DNA of 64,000 bases from assembly GCA_964035545.1 (NCBI GenBank), contig OZ037766.1, positions 13,320,722 to 13,384,721 on the forward strand, in the 5' to 3' direction. The notes under the pieces were generated by a model that had not been told where the DNA came from, did not search any database, and saw nothing but the letters and a program-made list of their open reading frames with translations. Both the position numbers and the translations under genes were made by a program. Shown here piece after piece: positions 28,401 through 41,569 of the stretch (its first letter is position 1; every line of letters starts with the position of its first letter). The DNA is from Bugula neritina (Eukaryota > Animalia > Bryozoa).

Positions 28401-31400
28401 GATATGCTGGTGATTGTCTAAATATAAGATGGTTGTGCAATATCGGGTGCATTGGGTCTAATAAAACTGCAAATATTTCTTGTTACCATCTAATTTTTTT
28501 GAATATTTGGTTTTTATACACCATTTACAATGTACAATGCACAAAGCTTTTAAAAGGAAGTTATAATTGAATATTGCATTACATTCTCAATATTTTATTG
28601 TTTATTTAAAGACCTTAGCACCTACATCATGAATATATCACATAACTACCAACTATTAATAGACACATCCTGTTTCTAAGAACTAAATCTCTGTGGTCCG
28701 GGTGTATTAGTTGGCAGAGAGGGTTGAAGTTACATCAAGTCAAGTCATGGTCTAGCTCAATGACTTAATATAACTTGGTTACTCAGCACAATGACTTGAG
28801 ATAACTTGGTTATTCAGCTCAATGACTTGATATAACTTGGTTAATTTGACTTGACTTGCAATTATTTAATCAACATTTATATACATTTATATTAAACTTT
28901 CTCTACAATTAAGAAAAATTAGTGGGTAGCAGTGCTAACCGAAAAAAGTTGTAAATTTAGTTTTAACTTTACTATTAATCTGCACCTACATTTAATAAAT
29001 ATTAATCAAATTAATTGCATCTACTAGCATGATAGTTGGCAACTGTAGCTGTAGTTATAACATTTAAACTTCCTAATGCCAGTGAAAATGCTGAATTAAC
29101 TTCTCATAATTTTATTAGAACGCTTGAATCATTTTTCAAGTTTGTCGGAATGCTTAAAATGAAATGTCAGCAGTTTGTGATTTAGATTCGTCTCAGTTTC
29201 AAAGACTTTCACTAACTCAGCCAAAGTTGTCAAGTTTACTTTAGCAAGTAAAATATGTCAAGGAATTTCAAGTTAGAAGTGGTAACTGGCAGTAACTAGC
29301 TAATAAAAATACTAACCCGCGAACAATTTATTCAATACAGTAAGGACAATAATGACTCTAAAGCCACCAAGCCGTAATTTATGATTAGTTCAAGTAGTGT
29401 GAAACTGTTAACCTTTGGGTGAGTCGAAACTTTCATGTGCATGCCTTGACGCAGCCGTACGTGCCAAGTTATGGAGTCGCTTATTGACAATGTTGGCAAG
29501 TTTTCAAGTTCTAATAATAATAATAAATAGGTTAACTGTGTTTTGATCACATGATGTTGAGCACATGATCAGTATCAACAGCAAACAGCTGAGAGTTGGT
29601 AGTACAGGCTGCGGCACGTGTACGAACCAGATGTATTATTATGTTGATATTAATTATGGCCTGAGCTATAGAGTCTGCTATAAAGCAATGATTTGTTGCT
29701 ATAAAATGGCTTGGTATTAGCAATTCGAAATTATTTAGTTGACGTCATGCATACCTATTTCATTGTTAGATGGATATCTTGACAGTTGTACTTGCATTAA
29801 TAATAGACAAAGGCTAATCTAGCCTGCCTCACTGCTCACTAGTACTAAGTTGTAATGGTTTCTTGTAGTACAAGGTTTGTCTTTATCAAGGAGTCCCCAC
29901 TCCTGGAATGACAGAGTCGGATCCAGATCTACCCCCTCCCCTCCTATTTACAGCCATTACAGTGCATCTGCCCCCCTCACCTGCTATTATGGTTCGGCTT
30001 CCACAGACGAGGGCATTGAAGTTGACGACACTATGTACCCCATGGACGATGTCATCACCCCCAAAAGACGAAAGGTAATACTTGTAGTTGTAGTTTCTTT
30101 TGACTTTCCACATTTTATAGAACTCTAAATTAGGGTCATGAATTTTAACCTCCCAGTAACAATTCATATCTATTACATATTTGCCCCTTTTATTTGCAGC
30201 TATTTCCTGTAATATAGTGTCTTCTTCGTATTAAACATTTTCAGTTAGGAAATCGGTTTATTGTTTCAAACTAGAAGGCTTCAAATCTAGACACTGGCAG
30301 CTGCTAAACTCTTCGGATTTGTGTTTTAAATATTTTTATGGCTCCCAGCTCAGTCTGACATGCATCAAGCTCTCTGTCTCAATCATTTGGAGGGTTGAGT
30401 TGATCCCCCTTTCCCCTAGTTGTTACTTCTTGCTTGGATGTGCCTGTTGTAAGGCTAACTTTGGTGTTTCAAGTTTTATGGTAATTTTTGTATAAAAATA
30501 GTCTAATAGGTGTGTATAATATATCATATCAAGCATGAAAGGCTTCAAAATAGTTACAAGATGTCCTTGGATCATAGTTCCAGCATATAGATTATATGTT
30601 AGAGGTTAACTTTGTACAAGTCTGCATCGTCATGGAAACTTTCATGGGTATCATGGTATGTGTACTGTACAGTATGTTTCCTTTGTTGCACCTTTTACTG
30701 ACTTTGCTTGACTGTATATTTACTACATGAACTGTGTAAAAATTCCAACTTCTGAGTATGAAGCTCTGATACTAGTTAGTGGTTTCCTTCATCCAGTAGT
30801 AAAACTAGAACTTTCTGGACTAATGCCAACAATAAACCACAGATATAGTTGGGCTAATTTTACTAGCACTGTGACTTCTTGCTGGATTAGATCTGGGAAG
30901 ATAAACGTAGTGGTGCAATGCAGTCACATGCACGCAGGGATCTCATAAATTATTATTTCTTCTTTAACAATCCTATGGAAGTTTATCTGTTCTTTGTTAG
31001 TCAAGTGCCGGCACTTGTGTATGTATTTTATATCTCCGCATATCAATCAAATAAATGCACCTACGGTTAACAGTGACACAAGGCAGGTTTCTTTCAATCA
31101 TTTATTTCATTGCTTCCGTGGCTTTTCAGGGGGAGGAAGAAAAATTTTCCACCAACATTCGCTACAAATGTACATGGAAGGGCTGCAAAGTAGTGGAGAA
31201 CACTTGCAACGCTATTGAGAAACATATCCGCCTAGCTCATTTGGGGTATGTTTGATCATGATACACAGCTAAAACTTACTTCAAATCTTACTTTAGTTTT
31301 GTAAATATCATTATATTTTATGTTTAGAATTTATAGACAGTGCATCTATATCCAATGACTTTGTCTTTTTGCTTCTTATTTTTTGATATTGTGTAAAATT

Positions 31401-33568
31401 CAAATTTTTCCTTGTGTTTTACAGCTCATATTTAAATTGGACGATACTATAGCAGTTTCAGCTCATAAAATAGTTTATTTGTGTGATGTTTATAAATCAC
31501 AGTTGCCTCTTATTTATGAAGACCAAAACAATTTGATGGAGTGTTTTCTGGTCATCTGATTGATTGGCTGATACTCTTTGTTGATACCAAGTAATTTATT
31601 TAAAAGAATAATGTTGCAGTCACCTCTAACTCTACTTTACCACATTGCTTTGGCCTTTGTTATACCCAGTCATATAGATGGCTATACTGGTCAACCATTG
31701 TAACCATTATTGCATAATTTCATATTATGTTCTATGTAAATTCACTGGTTCACAGAGTTTATTTGCCTTCTCTACAAGTAACTCTTGCTTGTAGTTTGCT
31801 CTAGCTACTAGAAAATTCCCAGGGTATTTTTCTACATATGCAACTTTCTTGCCAAGTTTTTATTCGCATTTATTATACTACTCATCACCTGTTTAAAGGT
31901 TGTCCTCTCTTCCAGTTCTAAAAATCAATTTAAATTAAAGAACATTATCATGCCTGAAGAGTCATTGGCTCATGTACTGATGAAAATCAAATTTCAACTT
32001 TCAAAATCTTATTAAAAATTGCTCCTTATTTCATACTTACATAACACATAATAATATATCACCTCTTGTTTGGATAATAAAATTTTACTCTCATGAGAAG
32101 ATAATATTTTATTAAATTTGTGTTCAGCTGTTCATTAATTTGTTTCGTTGCCTTTATAGTTTATTTAATTTAATATTTAGACCAAGAGAAGACAATTTGT
32201 CTGATCATGAAGAAGATTTTTATTATGATGAAGTTGAAGAAAGTGAACTGGATGAAATGACTGCCAATATGGAAGGTATAGTTGTTACTAGTCTCATTAC
32301 TTGAAGTGAAAAGGGCCTGTTGATGAACATATAAATAAACTAAGCAAACCCAATTTGTTGAGAAGGCAGAGTTCATGAAAACATCATATGGTTTTTGCAG
32401 AAGCAAACCTTCAATGGGTATATGGCTTCATCTTACAATGTCCAATAATTCACATTTAATTACTATATTGTTTTAAAAAGAGAGTAAAAGATTATTATTA
32501 TTATTATAGCAATTTTACTTCTCGCATGCATGAATATACTTGCATCTTCTGGTGCCTACGAAAAATTTACAACAATTGCAGTAATGACTTGCGCGTCTCC
32601 TATCCAATCGTCCCCCTTGAACCTGAGTCTACCTCGTGCTATTATTAACGAAGATGTGAAGCCAACCATTCCCCATATTCCTGAACGAGACCACAGTAGA
32701 AAGGAACTATCTCTTCTTCACCAGTTGGCTGAACAAAGATCACCTCCCATATTGATACCAGGAGCTCTGACGTTTGCACAAAAACCTTCATCTCCCAGCG
32801 CATATGTGGTGCCTCAGGTAATTTCATTATCAAAATAATAAACTGAATAAACTAAGCTAACGGCACTGCTGCTTCTTAAATATATATTTGAAGTAAAATT
32901 AGTCTAAAATGATCGCTTATATGTTATAAAATTTAGAACTAAGCATTTTGCAAAATAATTTTTTCAAATATTGCTAATATTTTTCTTGTCCTATGTTTTA
33001 TAATCGCTGTTTAGGTCTAAAAAAACTTTTAGTTTTAATTATGTGGCTCTGTATTGCAAAAGGGGACAACTTTTTGCTGTTTCGCAATTATTGACGTTTA
33101 ATGTCATAAATTAAAAAATTGACCATCATTTTACACTTAAAAGTATTTCGTTATTATTTCTTAGTATTTTACTTGAATAACTCCAGATTTTTTTTGTGAA
33201 GTGAAATAGGTTTTTAAAAACACTAGGTTTGGCGAAATTAATTTTTGGACAAAAAAATAGTTCACAGAATTTAGATGGTTACATCCCAGTTTTTTTTTCA
33301 AAACTATATTGACTAAAGAATAATATAATTGTACAATGTGTATTCCTTGTAGAATTCACCATACAGTAGGCAATCAGGATTCAAAACTGGAAGTCCCCTC
33401 TCTCCTGCCGCTGGTTCACCTAAGCACACCACCGGGTCCGTCAGGAAAGGTAGAAGTGATATAAAGAAATGTCGTAAAGTCTATGGAATGGAAAACCGAG
33501 ATCGATGGTGCACTCAGTGTAAATGGAAGAAAGCGTGCACTAGGTTTGTACCGGAGACTTTGTCATAA
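25478..33568 (+). CDS. ZNF704: Zinc finger protein 704/395 (GLUT4EF/SLC2A4RG family) C-clamp transcription factor, ~511 aa
   Basis: Exons 25478-26007, 27864-28000, 29869-30074, 31130-31245, 32181-32275, 32582-32817, 33353-33568; all GT-AG and in phase, 1536 nt. Motifs: N-terminal [23 protein letters not shown] (DUF4772-like), CR1 [12 protein letters not shown], single C2H2 finger YKCTWKGC...[11 protein letters not shown]2 EEDFYY, C-clamp [35 protein letters not shown]. Probably co-orthologous to vertebrate ZNF704, ZNF395 and SLC2A4RG. Confidence 0.93.
28736..28858. repeat. Small MITE-like element: CAAGTCAAGTCA inverted termini around a 31-bp tandem array
   Basis: caagtcaagtca (28736-28747) and tgacttgacttg (28847-28858); three units of agctcaatgacttgatataacttggtta start at 28754, 28785 and 28816. 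Confidence 0.75.
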
Positions 33569-34702
33569 AGCGCTGGATCGCTGAAGTGAAACAATTCCAA
33601 GTTTTTCAGTTGACACTGGACTGTCAGAGTTCATCTCATTGCCATCAGCTTTAGCAGCTGTTGGTGAATAGTATCTGTACCATCCATTTTTAATATAAAA
33701 TGTCTACACAGTTGCATATTTTAAAGGATCAGTTAATGGGAAGCAGTGCTGAAATGTGGCACTGCTCTCTGTGCCAGTGCATGTTTCATTTTGGTGTATT
33801 TTGTAAGTTATTTGTTTTTTGAAACCTCTTTAATTTTCATTTCTCTCCATGGCATACAGTATTAAACATTGGAAACATTAAGCCTATCATATGTTATGTT
33901 CAGGTTACAGGATAATCACACTATTTTAGCATATATAACATTTATTTTCTATACACTATTTATATTGTATGATATTTTGTGCTAATAGTCAACTGCCTCA
34001 TATAGCGTGCATGGAGAAACTCTTTCAATTTAGGAGTTGAAAATCTTCACTTTATGATATATATATTTATGCTCGTTTTAGACTATTTTATTTTGCTATG
34101 AACTTTATACATAATTACATTATTTTATCTCAGTCATTATTTTATGCAATATACCTTTATGTTCATGTATTTTAGATTTATTATTCTCATGTTATAAGCT
34201 ACAAGTTAATTGGTAACCCAGAGCCAAGCTCATTCATATTTTTGTGTTTATGCTGGCAAGTTTTTCTGCAGTTATGAATATGTTTTGGAAATTTGTATTT
34301 TGTTATACCAAAGCAATATTATATCTATTTGTGAACATGGAATGAATCATAGTTATTGCCCAGAGCTTTCAGCAAAATATGAAGGGGCACTATAGGCTTA
34401 ATGGTTGAATATAAATGATTCAATATGCTGTGACATTTTTAAGCATAGCGTTATTGCCAATGGTGCAATTTTTTATGCCAATTTTGATACATTTTTATTA
34501 CTTCAAATAAACTGTTAGACGTAAATAAAAATGAAACTAAACCACTAATTGCAAAAAAAAATTGCGCCAAAATTAAAAACAAAAAGACTAGGATTTAGAA
34601 TTGGACAGAAACTAATGAAAGTACTAGCACACATCATTGGTTAAGTATAGAGTAAGCAATTTTACAAATATGTAAATTGAGATCTTGAAAAACAAGAATA
34701 AA

Positions 34703-37700
34703 TTATAGTTCATCTTTGCTAGTTTGAAATGATAGAACTGCATTCTCTTTTAGGAACTTTTTAATATCATCTATATCACGATTTCCTTCATATTTAACTG
34801 GTTTGACGTCATCACCTCTTGCAAAATATATGGTAGGGTAACCATGGACATCGAACCCATCAGGTGCATCATTAGCAGTGGCATCCATTTTTGAAAAGAC
34901 AAGATTCTTATCTGAAGACAAGGTCTTTGCCAATTTTTTGAATTCTGGTTCAAATTTCTTACAGTGGCCACACCAGGGTGCATAAAGTTCAACTACAACA
35001 TCTTTTGTGGGATCCAAAACAATATCATGGAATGTTTTTCCAGTAACTGTTAAAACAGGTCGACTTTGCTTTTTTGGTGGGATCTGTGAGCGTAAATATG
35101 CTTTGGCTTTTCCATTTTTCACACTCATGATAAATTCTTCAACCTTCAATAAAAAATTGAGACATTATTACTATAAAAACACAAAACCAAGGATTAGCGA
35201 AATTTGCCTGTTATCTCGTTTTAAAGCAAAACTCAAATTTTAAGAACTAAGCCAATCTACAACATGTCAGTTGACACATAGGAATAGGTTGCTGCTATTA
35301 AATTGCTCTCAAGTAGACACCATGCAAGTATAATATCAAGCATACAGCTTTCCAAATGTTACTTTCCACAAAACTGCTAGCTGATAATAAAGGTAAATGG
35401 CATTTCTTTTTTAACTTTTCTTTCACCAGTAATTCCGCAAGCTACAGTTATTTTCCTCTACATAATTGTACATAAAGTTGCAGGTTACACACACCTCTTC
35501 CTCGTCCCACTCGTCAATCTCACTCATTGGGTACTTCTCGCTATGTACGCCGTAACAGCCCAAACTAAATTCACCGCCAGAGTCATCAAATCCAAAGGCT
35601 TTCATGTCTTCTTGATTCTCCTCGTCATCAGACATTGCAAAGTGAAAATCTTTTCTGTATCTGTGTAACACATGTGACCACTTGAACACACCTGAATGCA
35701 CTTGCCACTAATTGATGACAATAAGCAAGCTGTCTGTCATTGTCACATAAACATAATCTTGCTGTACATTAGCAGCTCAGCTCACCTGTCAGCAATAGGT
35801 AAGAGTTTGTTTCTCCAGCTTGCTGTCATCTGCCTATAGCCATGGTCCCAGTTAACAGAAACAAACATAACACAGAGAGGCAACTTGTTATATCTGCTTT
35901 TTGTGGCTGCATTTCTTGTTCCAATTAGTGGGGTCTCGTGTTCATCTATGAAGCCCTTCAATGTAATGAATACTGTGCTCGTATACGCAGCAAAATAACA
36001 AATTCTAACTTACATATTACTTGTTATAACAATTTTATACTTTGCCTCAGTAAACTTTAGCAATGAGCAACTCTAGTAAACAGCAATGAGTTCCAAGCTT
36101 AGATCTTGTTAACCACAACAGTATCATGTACTTTATGAATTGTCAGTATTAGTGGCCTAAGGAAACTAAACAATATATCTTGTGCGCATAAACTAAAGAA
36201 CAAATAAGACCGCTCTTAGCAGAAAGCGTGACCTGACTCACCAGTATTTTTAAATTCTCAGATTCATCTTTGAGTTCGAGAATGTAATATGGTTCATCAT
36301 ACTTTGTGACCATTAACTCAGGAAGTATGACAACTACTGCTTCTTTGTCACTAACTTTATACCTTGAAACCAAGTTCATCAAACATCAGTCATCAAATGT
36401 TACAGAATTATTCACATAAAAGTGCATTCTTAATGCAGAGCACAGCCATGTGACAAAATACCAGTATATAAATTTTAACAAGAAACTTGTTAAAAAATAT
36501 TTATGCCATACTACAATATGCACAGTTGCACCCAGTCCAGTGCGCTGTTTAAAACAGCAACGCGTCTCCAAGTTTTTAAAAAAACAATTTTGTATAAATA
36601 TACGAGCTGCTTCAGTTCGACATAGCTGCTATAATTAATCATAAAAATTCCAATAACATTATTGGTTTAGCCAACTATTTATCTATTATAATATGTATTG
36701 GGTCTACTCTTTATAGATTTTACCATAAGAAATTTAAGCACATAGGTTTTTGGAGGCAGCTAAAATTCAACAATAAAAATGGCGAAATCCAAATCATCTC
36801 TAAACGAACAAACCTGCTTCTAATCTCTTCACTGGTTGTATAGAACAAAGTATACTTGTCTCTCACATTGCTGACAGAGTGCTGATATGTTTCATAAGCA
36901 CTTACATCTTCAGAGCTAAACATGCCCACCACAATTATGTCATCCATCAACATACTACAATAAAAAGACACCATGTAAAAATTAAAGAACTGTGCTAGTT
37001 CAATAAAATGCAAATCTGTAACTTCTCGAAACTTTATTTAAAACTTTTTCAATTAAAAACATGAATTAAAAAACTATCAAAATTCACAATTACAAAAATG
37101 ATTACCATCAGTATATCTTTAAGTTTAACTGTATAAGTATGAACTGAATTTTGGTCTTGAGATAACAACCTTTCAGTTATTTGAAGGTATTTAGAAACTC
37201 TGGAACATATTTGCATTATAAGGAAGCTAAAGACATTTGCACTATAAAATAGTTTAAATGGGTAAAAGGGTAAAGATGTCCATTAGACAAGTAAAGCTTC
37301 ACTCAACACTTCAACCATTTTATAATATAAAACACGCTTGTACAGCGGATGCAACCTAGTCAGGAAAAATGAGTTAACCTGAAGCTGTCTAATGATACAA
37401 AAAAGAGTTTCTATGATTATAATGACTAAATCTTATTACTGCTCATTGTTCACCATAGTAAGTTGTAGTGCAATCAAATTGTGAATGCATATATTATATT
37501 ACTGAAATATAATGCAATGGTATACTATATCATTAACCACAAGTTTTTTGACACGTCAGTTAAACATAAATGGGTCAATTTACTACACAATAAAGTATTA
37601 TTTTATTTTTTGCCCTTTTCATAAAAATCTAGCTCTTAATACATTTTATAGAATAAAAATTGATTGAATTTAAAAAATAAAACCAATTCCTTTGCCATTT

Positions 37701-39946
37701 TACAAATATCTTTAGTTTTCAATTTTTTTTATTAATTTTTAAATAAAAAAACTGTAGGTTACCATAGTTAATTTTGGCATTGAAATTAGTCATCTGTATT
37801 TAACTATGGAAAATCAGTAGTGAATATAAATTTATTAACTTTATTTTAATATCCACAGATCATAAAACTTGTACTCTTTTAAACCAGATGCAACCTATAC
37901 CTAATTTCAATGGAATAGTCATAATAGAACCCAAACAATATATTATATAACAGTTAATGAGAAACAAGAAAGAGAAAATACCTACACTAGGGCTGGACAA
38001 ATTTTGTTTCAATTTTCAACATTAAGCCTGTTATATTTAATAAATAAACTTCCCAAAATAAAAAATTATGTTTCATCATGTTAGAACAAATAAAGTCAAA
38101 CCTCTGGTAAAATTTGTGACTTTTACAAAAGGCTGGGTGATAATCTACTAATTGGTTGCTATTTCCACTAATTATTTGCATTTGTACATTGATTCTTGGA
38201 CGTAGATTCACTGTGATCTTTAAGTGAACTAAACTACTAAGATATTTTATGCTAAATATAATAGTTATATGCAACTTTTTACATGGCACTGACATTGTGC
38301 GGTACTAATGTAGGACCCACAAGTATTCTTTTTTTAAATGAAATCAGCAGATCAAAATACCTCTTATTTTGTATATTTTTCACATATTTTGAAAGTTCAA
38401 GTTTTAGGTTTAATTTATAAGGAAGTACTAGATCTAAATATTAAATAATACATAGATACATTGTATTTAAAAAAAACATTGTAAGAAAATCAACTGTCTG
38501 TTGCGGATCACACTTACTTAGATTTAAGTTCCTTAATGTTTTTGACCAACTTCGCTGCATCTCCAGATTGCTTAGTCATATAATCGACAATGCCCTTTTG
38601 GTCCCTGGGGCCATTGTAGGGAAATGACTTGACTTTTAATTCACCATCTTTGTTTGCTTTAGCACGGAACATGAACAAGGTTGGATATCCACTAACATCA
38701 TATAACTTAGCTAAATCTTCATTTTTTGTTGCATCTACCTAAATTTAATAACAGGAAACACTTGGAATAATCAAAATCTGCTAGAAAACGACATCTCAAT
38801 AAATATTCAGCTACTTGATAATTTAATATCATACAATACCTTTGCCAATTTTATTGGTGGATCATGTTCCAGGAGTTCTTTTGCTGCCTTTTCATAGACT
38901 GGGGCAAGCTGCTTGCAATGACCACACCACGGAGCATAGAACTCAACTAAAGTCAAATCTCCAGACTTTGTAAACTCATCAAACTCGTCCTTTGAAGTCA
39001 AGCTGACAACAGATTCAGGAGGAGGTTTATAGTTTGGGTCGCTGCGACTTTTACAGAATTGTACAATGCCTGCTGCATCTCGCCCTCCATCATACTCTTC
39101 AGGGGAACCAGAACGGAAAAACTTCATTGTTGGATATCCACTAACTTCAAACCTACAATGATAATGTTATTTGGAATATATCAAATGTCGAAGCAATTTT
39201 AGTAAAAATATATATAACATAATATGGTTAGTTACATTTTCCACAATTGTTCCGGAAGCGAGGTTTAAAAGTGCAAACTAAAACTTTAAGTGCAACAAGC
39301 ATAAGTATCAACACTTTACAATATAAATTGGAAACATTTTTCAGACTTGCAAATAAACCATAAATGTACTGACACCCATACTCATACTTTTGATTTAAAA
39401 ACAACTAATCCCAACTCAACAAGAGTAGGACAATAACTATAAGTATAATGTTCAATGCTATATTCACAGGTGCTGCTAGTACCAGCTACACATTGATTAG
39501 TGCATAAAATTAACTCAATCTAACTAATATTATTAATTTGCTATTTATAAATATCACTATGACATAGGCTTCTGATTCTCTGTTATCACGCGCCATGATG
39601 ACGCATAATAATAACTATTATTGTTAAAAATTTTATCATCAAAAATAAATATATACCTCTGGGACAATTTTGAGTTTTCGGTTGCATCAACTTTCGCCAA
39701 ATATACAACAGGATCCGATTTTAGCAACTCTGTTGCAGCCTTTGCATACTCTGGTGCTAGGTTTTTGCAATGACCACACCAAGGAGCATAAAACTCAACC
39801 AAAACAAATTGGTTTTTCATTATGAAATCCTCAAACGAATCCTCTGTCAGTACTACAACATCGTCATCCTGAGCTTGAACAATGTCTACTTTGGCTTCAA
39901 GAAAGAACAATACTGAAACAACAAGGCAAATAAACTTGACCAGCAT
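34703..39946 (-). CDS. PDIA4: Protein disulfide-isomerase A4 (ERp72), ~620 aa
   Basis: Exons 39657-39946, 38840-39152, 38518-38738, 36814-36954, 36242-36362, 35786-35955, 35495-35660, 34703-35143; 1863 nt in phase. Signal peptide, three APWCGHCK thioredoxin active sites in a0-a-b-b'-a' order, C-terminal KDEL. Confidence 0.96.
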
Positions 39947-40068
39947 GTTAACTGTAAGTTTAACACAGAAGATTCATAATAAACGAACAGAAATTGCAGT
40001 ACAACTTAGTGTCGGCAGAAACTGAAATCAAAGTGAAAGTCGCAGTAGAATGAAAACTTATCGGAACA

Positions 40069-40087
40069 CCTGGTAATTTGTAATTGG
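40069..40087 (-). promoter_or_regulatory. ERSE-like ER-stress response element upstream of PDIA4
   Basis: Minus strand reads CCAAT-TACAAATTA-CCAGG versus consensus CCAAT-N9-CCACG: exact 9-nt spacer, one mismatch, about 120 bp upstream of the ATG. Confidence 0.55.
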
Positions 40088-41569
40088 TTACAAATTTTTA
40101 GCAGCCTATAATCGGGGTAATTCTAACATATTGCACCGATAATAATATGGGCCTTATAATATTAATATATTACAGCATCGAACTCAATAACATATTCCAG
40201 CTCAGTCAGTGTATTACAGTTTCTGACGAACATATGTATTATAAAGAAGATAACTCTTCAAATGAAAGCTGCCTTTTGAAGATATGTGGAGAACAAAACT
40301 ACTAATTTCTAAATTCAGCACCAATCGTATAGGGGTCATTCCGTGTCAACTCAACCAATGGCCCACGCCTTTGCGTCTCAGATTTTGTTCATATTTACAC
40401 CAAATGAACCTACACATGTCTTGAGTGCTATTCTTGAATATTTCTGGCCTGACACAAAAACTTTTTGAGAAATGAATATTTCCACGAACAAAGGTTGGGA
40501 AAAATTTTGAGGAAAATTTGCGATTTTTACTTTTAGACCAATTTGTAAACGTCCATATCTCTATTATTTTTCTAGACTGAGCCTTAAAATTTGGTGTGTG
40601 ATTTGATAACACCTATCAATTTGCACTAGTAGTAACACATACTGCAGAATACTTTGTGTGCATATATGCTAAGCCATTGAATATTGGCAATTTTTTATGA
40701 ATTTTGAAAAATTTCGAATATTTGCCACATCACAAAAGGCATTAATTTTTATTTTACTTCCATAAATTTTTATCCATAAATAGTTGATTATGGTTACTTT
40801 ATACTCCTTAATTTGTGTAATTTTGAAAATAATATCTTCCGAGATATAGACACCCAAAGTGAAGAAAATGTGAGAATTCGCCCAACTTCACAAGGATGTA
40901 ACCCGATGTTTGAATACAGTAAAATCTTTCAAACAAGTATTTTCTGTAACGTCATTTAGTGTATTTTGTAGATTCATAAATTTGGACGTCCTTATATTGT
41001 CCAAACTTGAAGTAAATCGCACGGAAAAATGGTATGCGTACAAAAATCGGCAAAATGCAATTTTTCAATATAATATGTTGGGATCATACATTTTTATTAT
41101 TCATATAGTTCAAAATATCAAGTAGATACATATATGTTTCCTATATATGTCAAATCTACTGACTGACTGAGTGCAAGAGGAGATATGTCAAATCTACTGA
41201 AGATTACAATAAAATCTGATTTGTGTGTAATATCGTAAGAAAAATTCTGCCGATCGGCATTATACGATATTCCCATTAGGTTTCAGATAGCAATTGTTAT
41301 TTCTGTGAGTGAATGGTGTGAAACAGCTGAAATCTTGCTGGAATCAAGTACATTAAGTAACTGAGGCAAGAGTAGCTTCAAAAAACATACCCAAATATAA
41401 CACCATGGCCTTGAACACAATAGGCCTAACTAATTCGATGACAGTGGTGTTTAATACATGCCGGAAATAATTGTGGCTTTTGAAATAGATGTGCCTAAAT
41501 ATAGCAAAATGGCCCTAACCTCGCCCTAATTTGGTCAGTACTGGTTAAAAAATCAAGTAATTGGCGTCA

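Noticed and set aside
28754-28845. Regularly spaced repeats resembling a CRISPR array (also 58167-58256)
   Set aside because: Eukaryotic context, tandem or irregular units without unique fixed-length spacers, and no cas genes.
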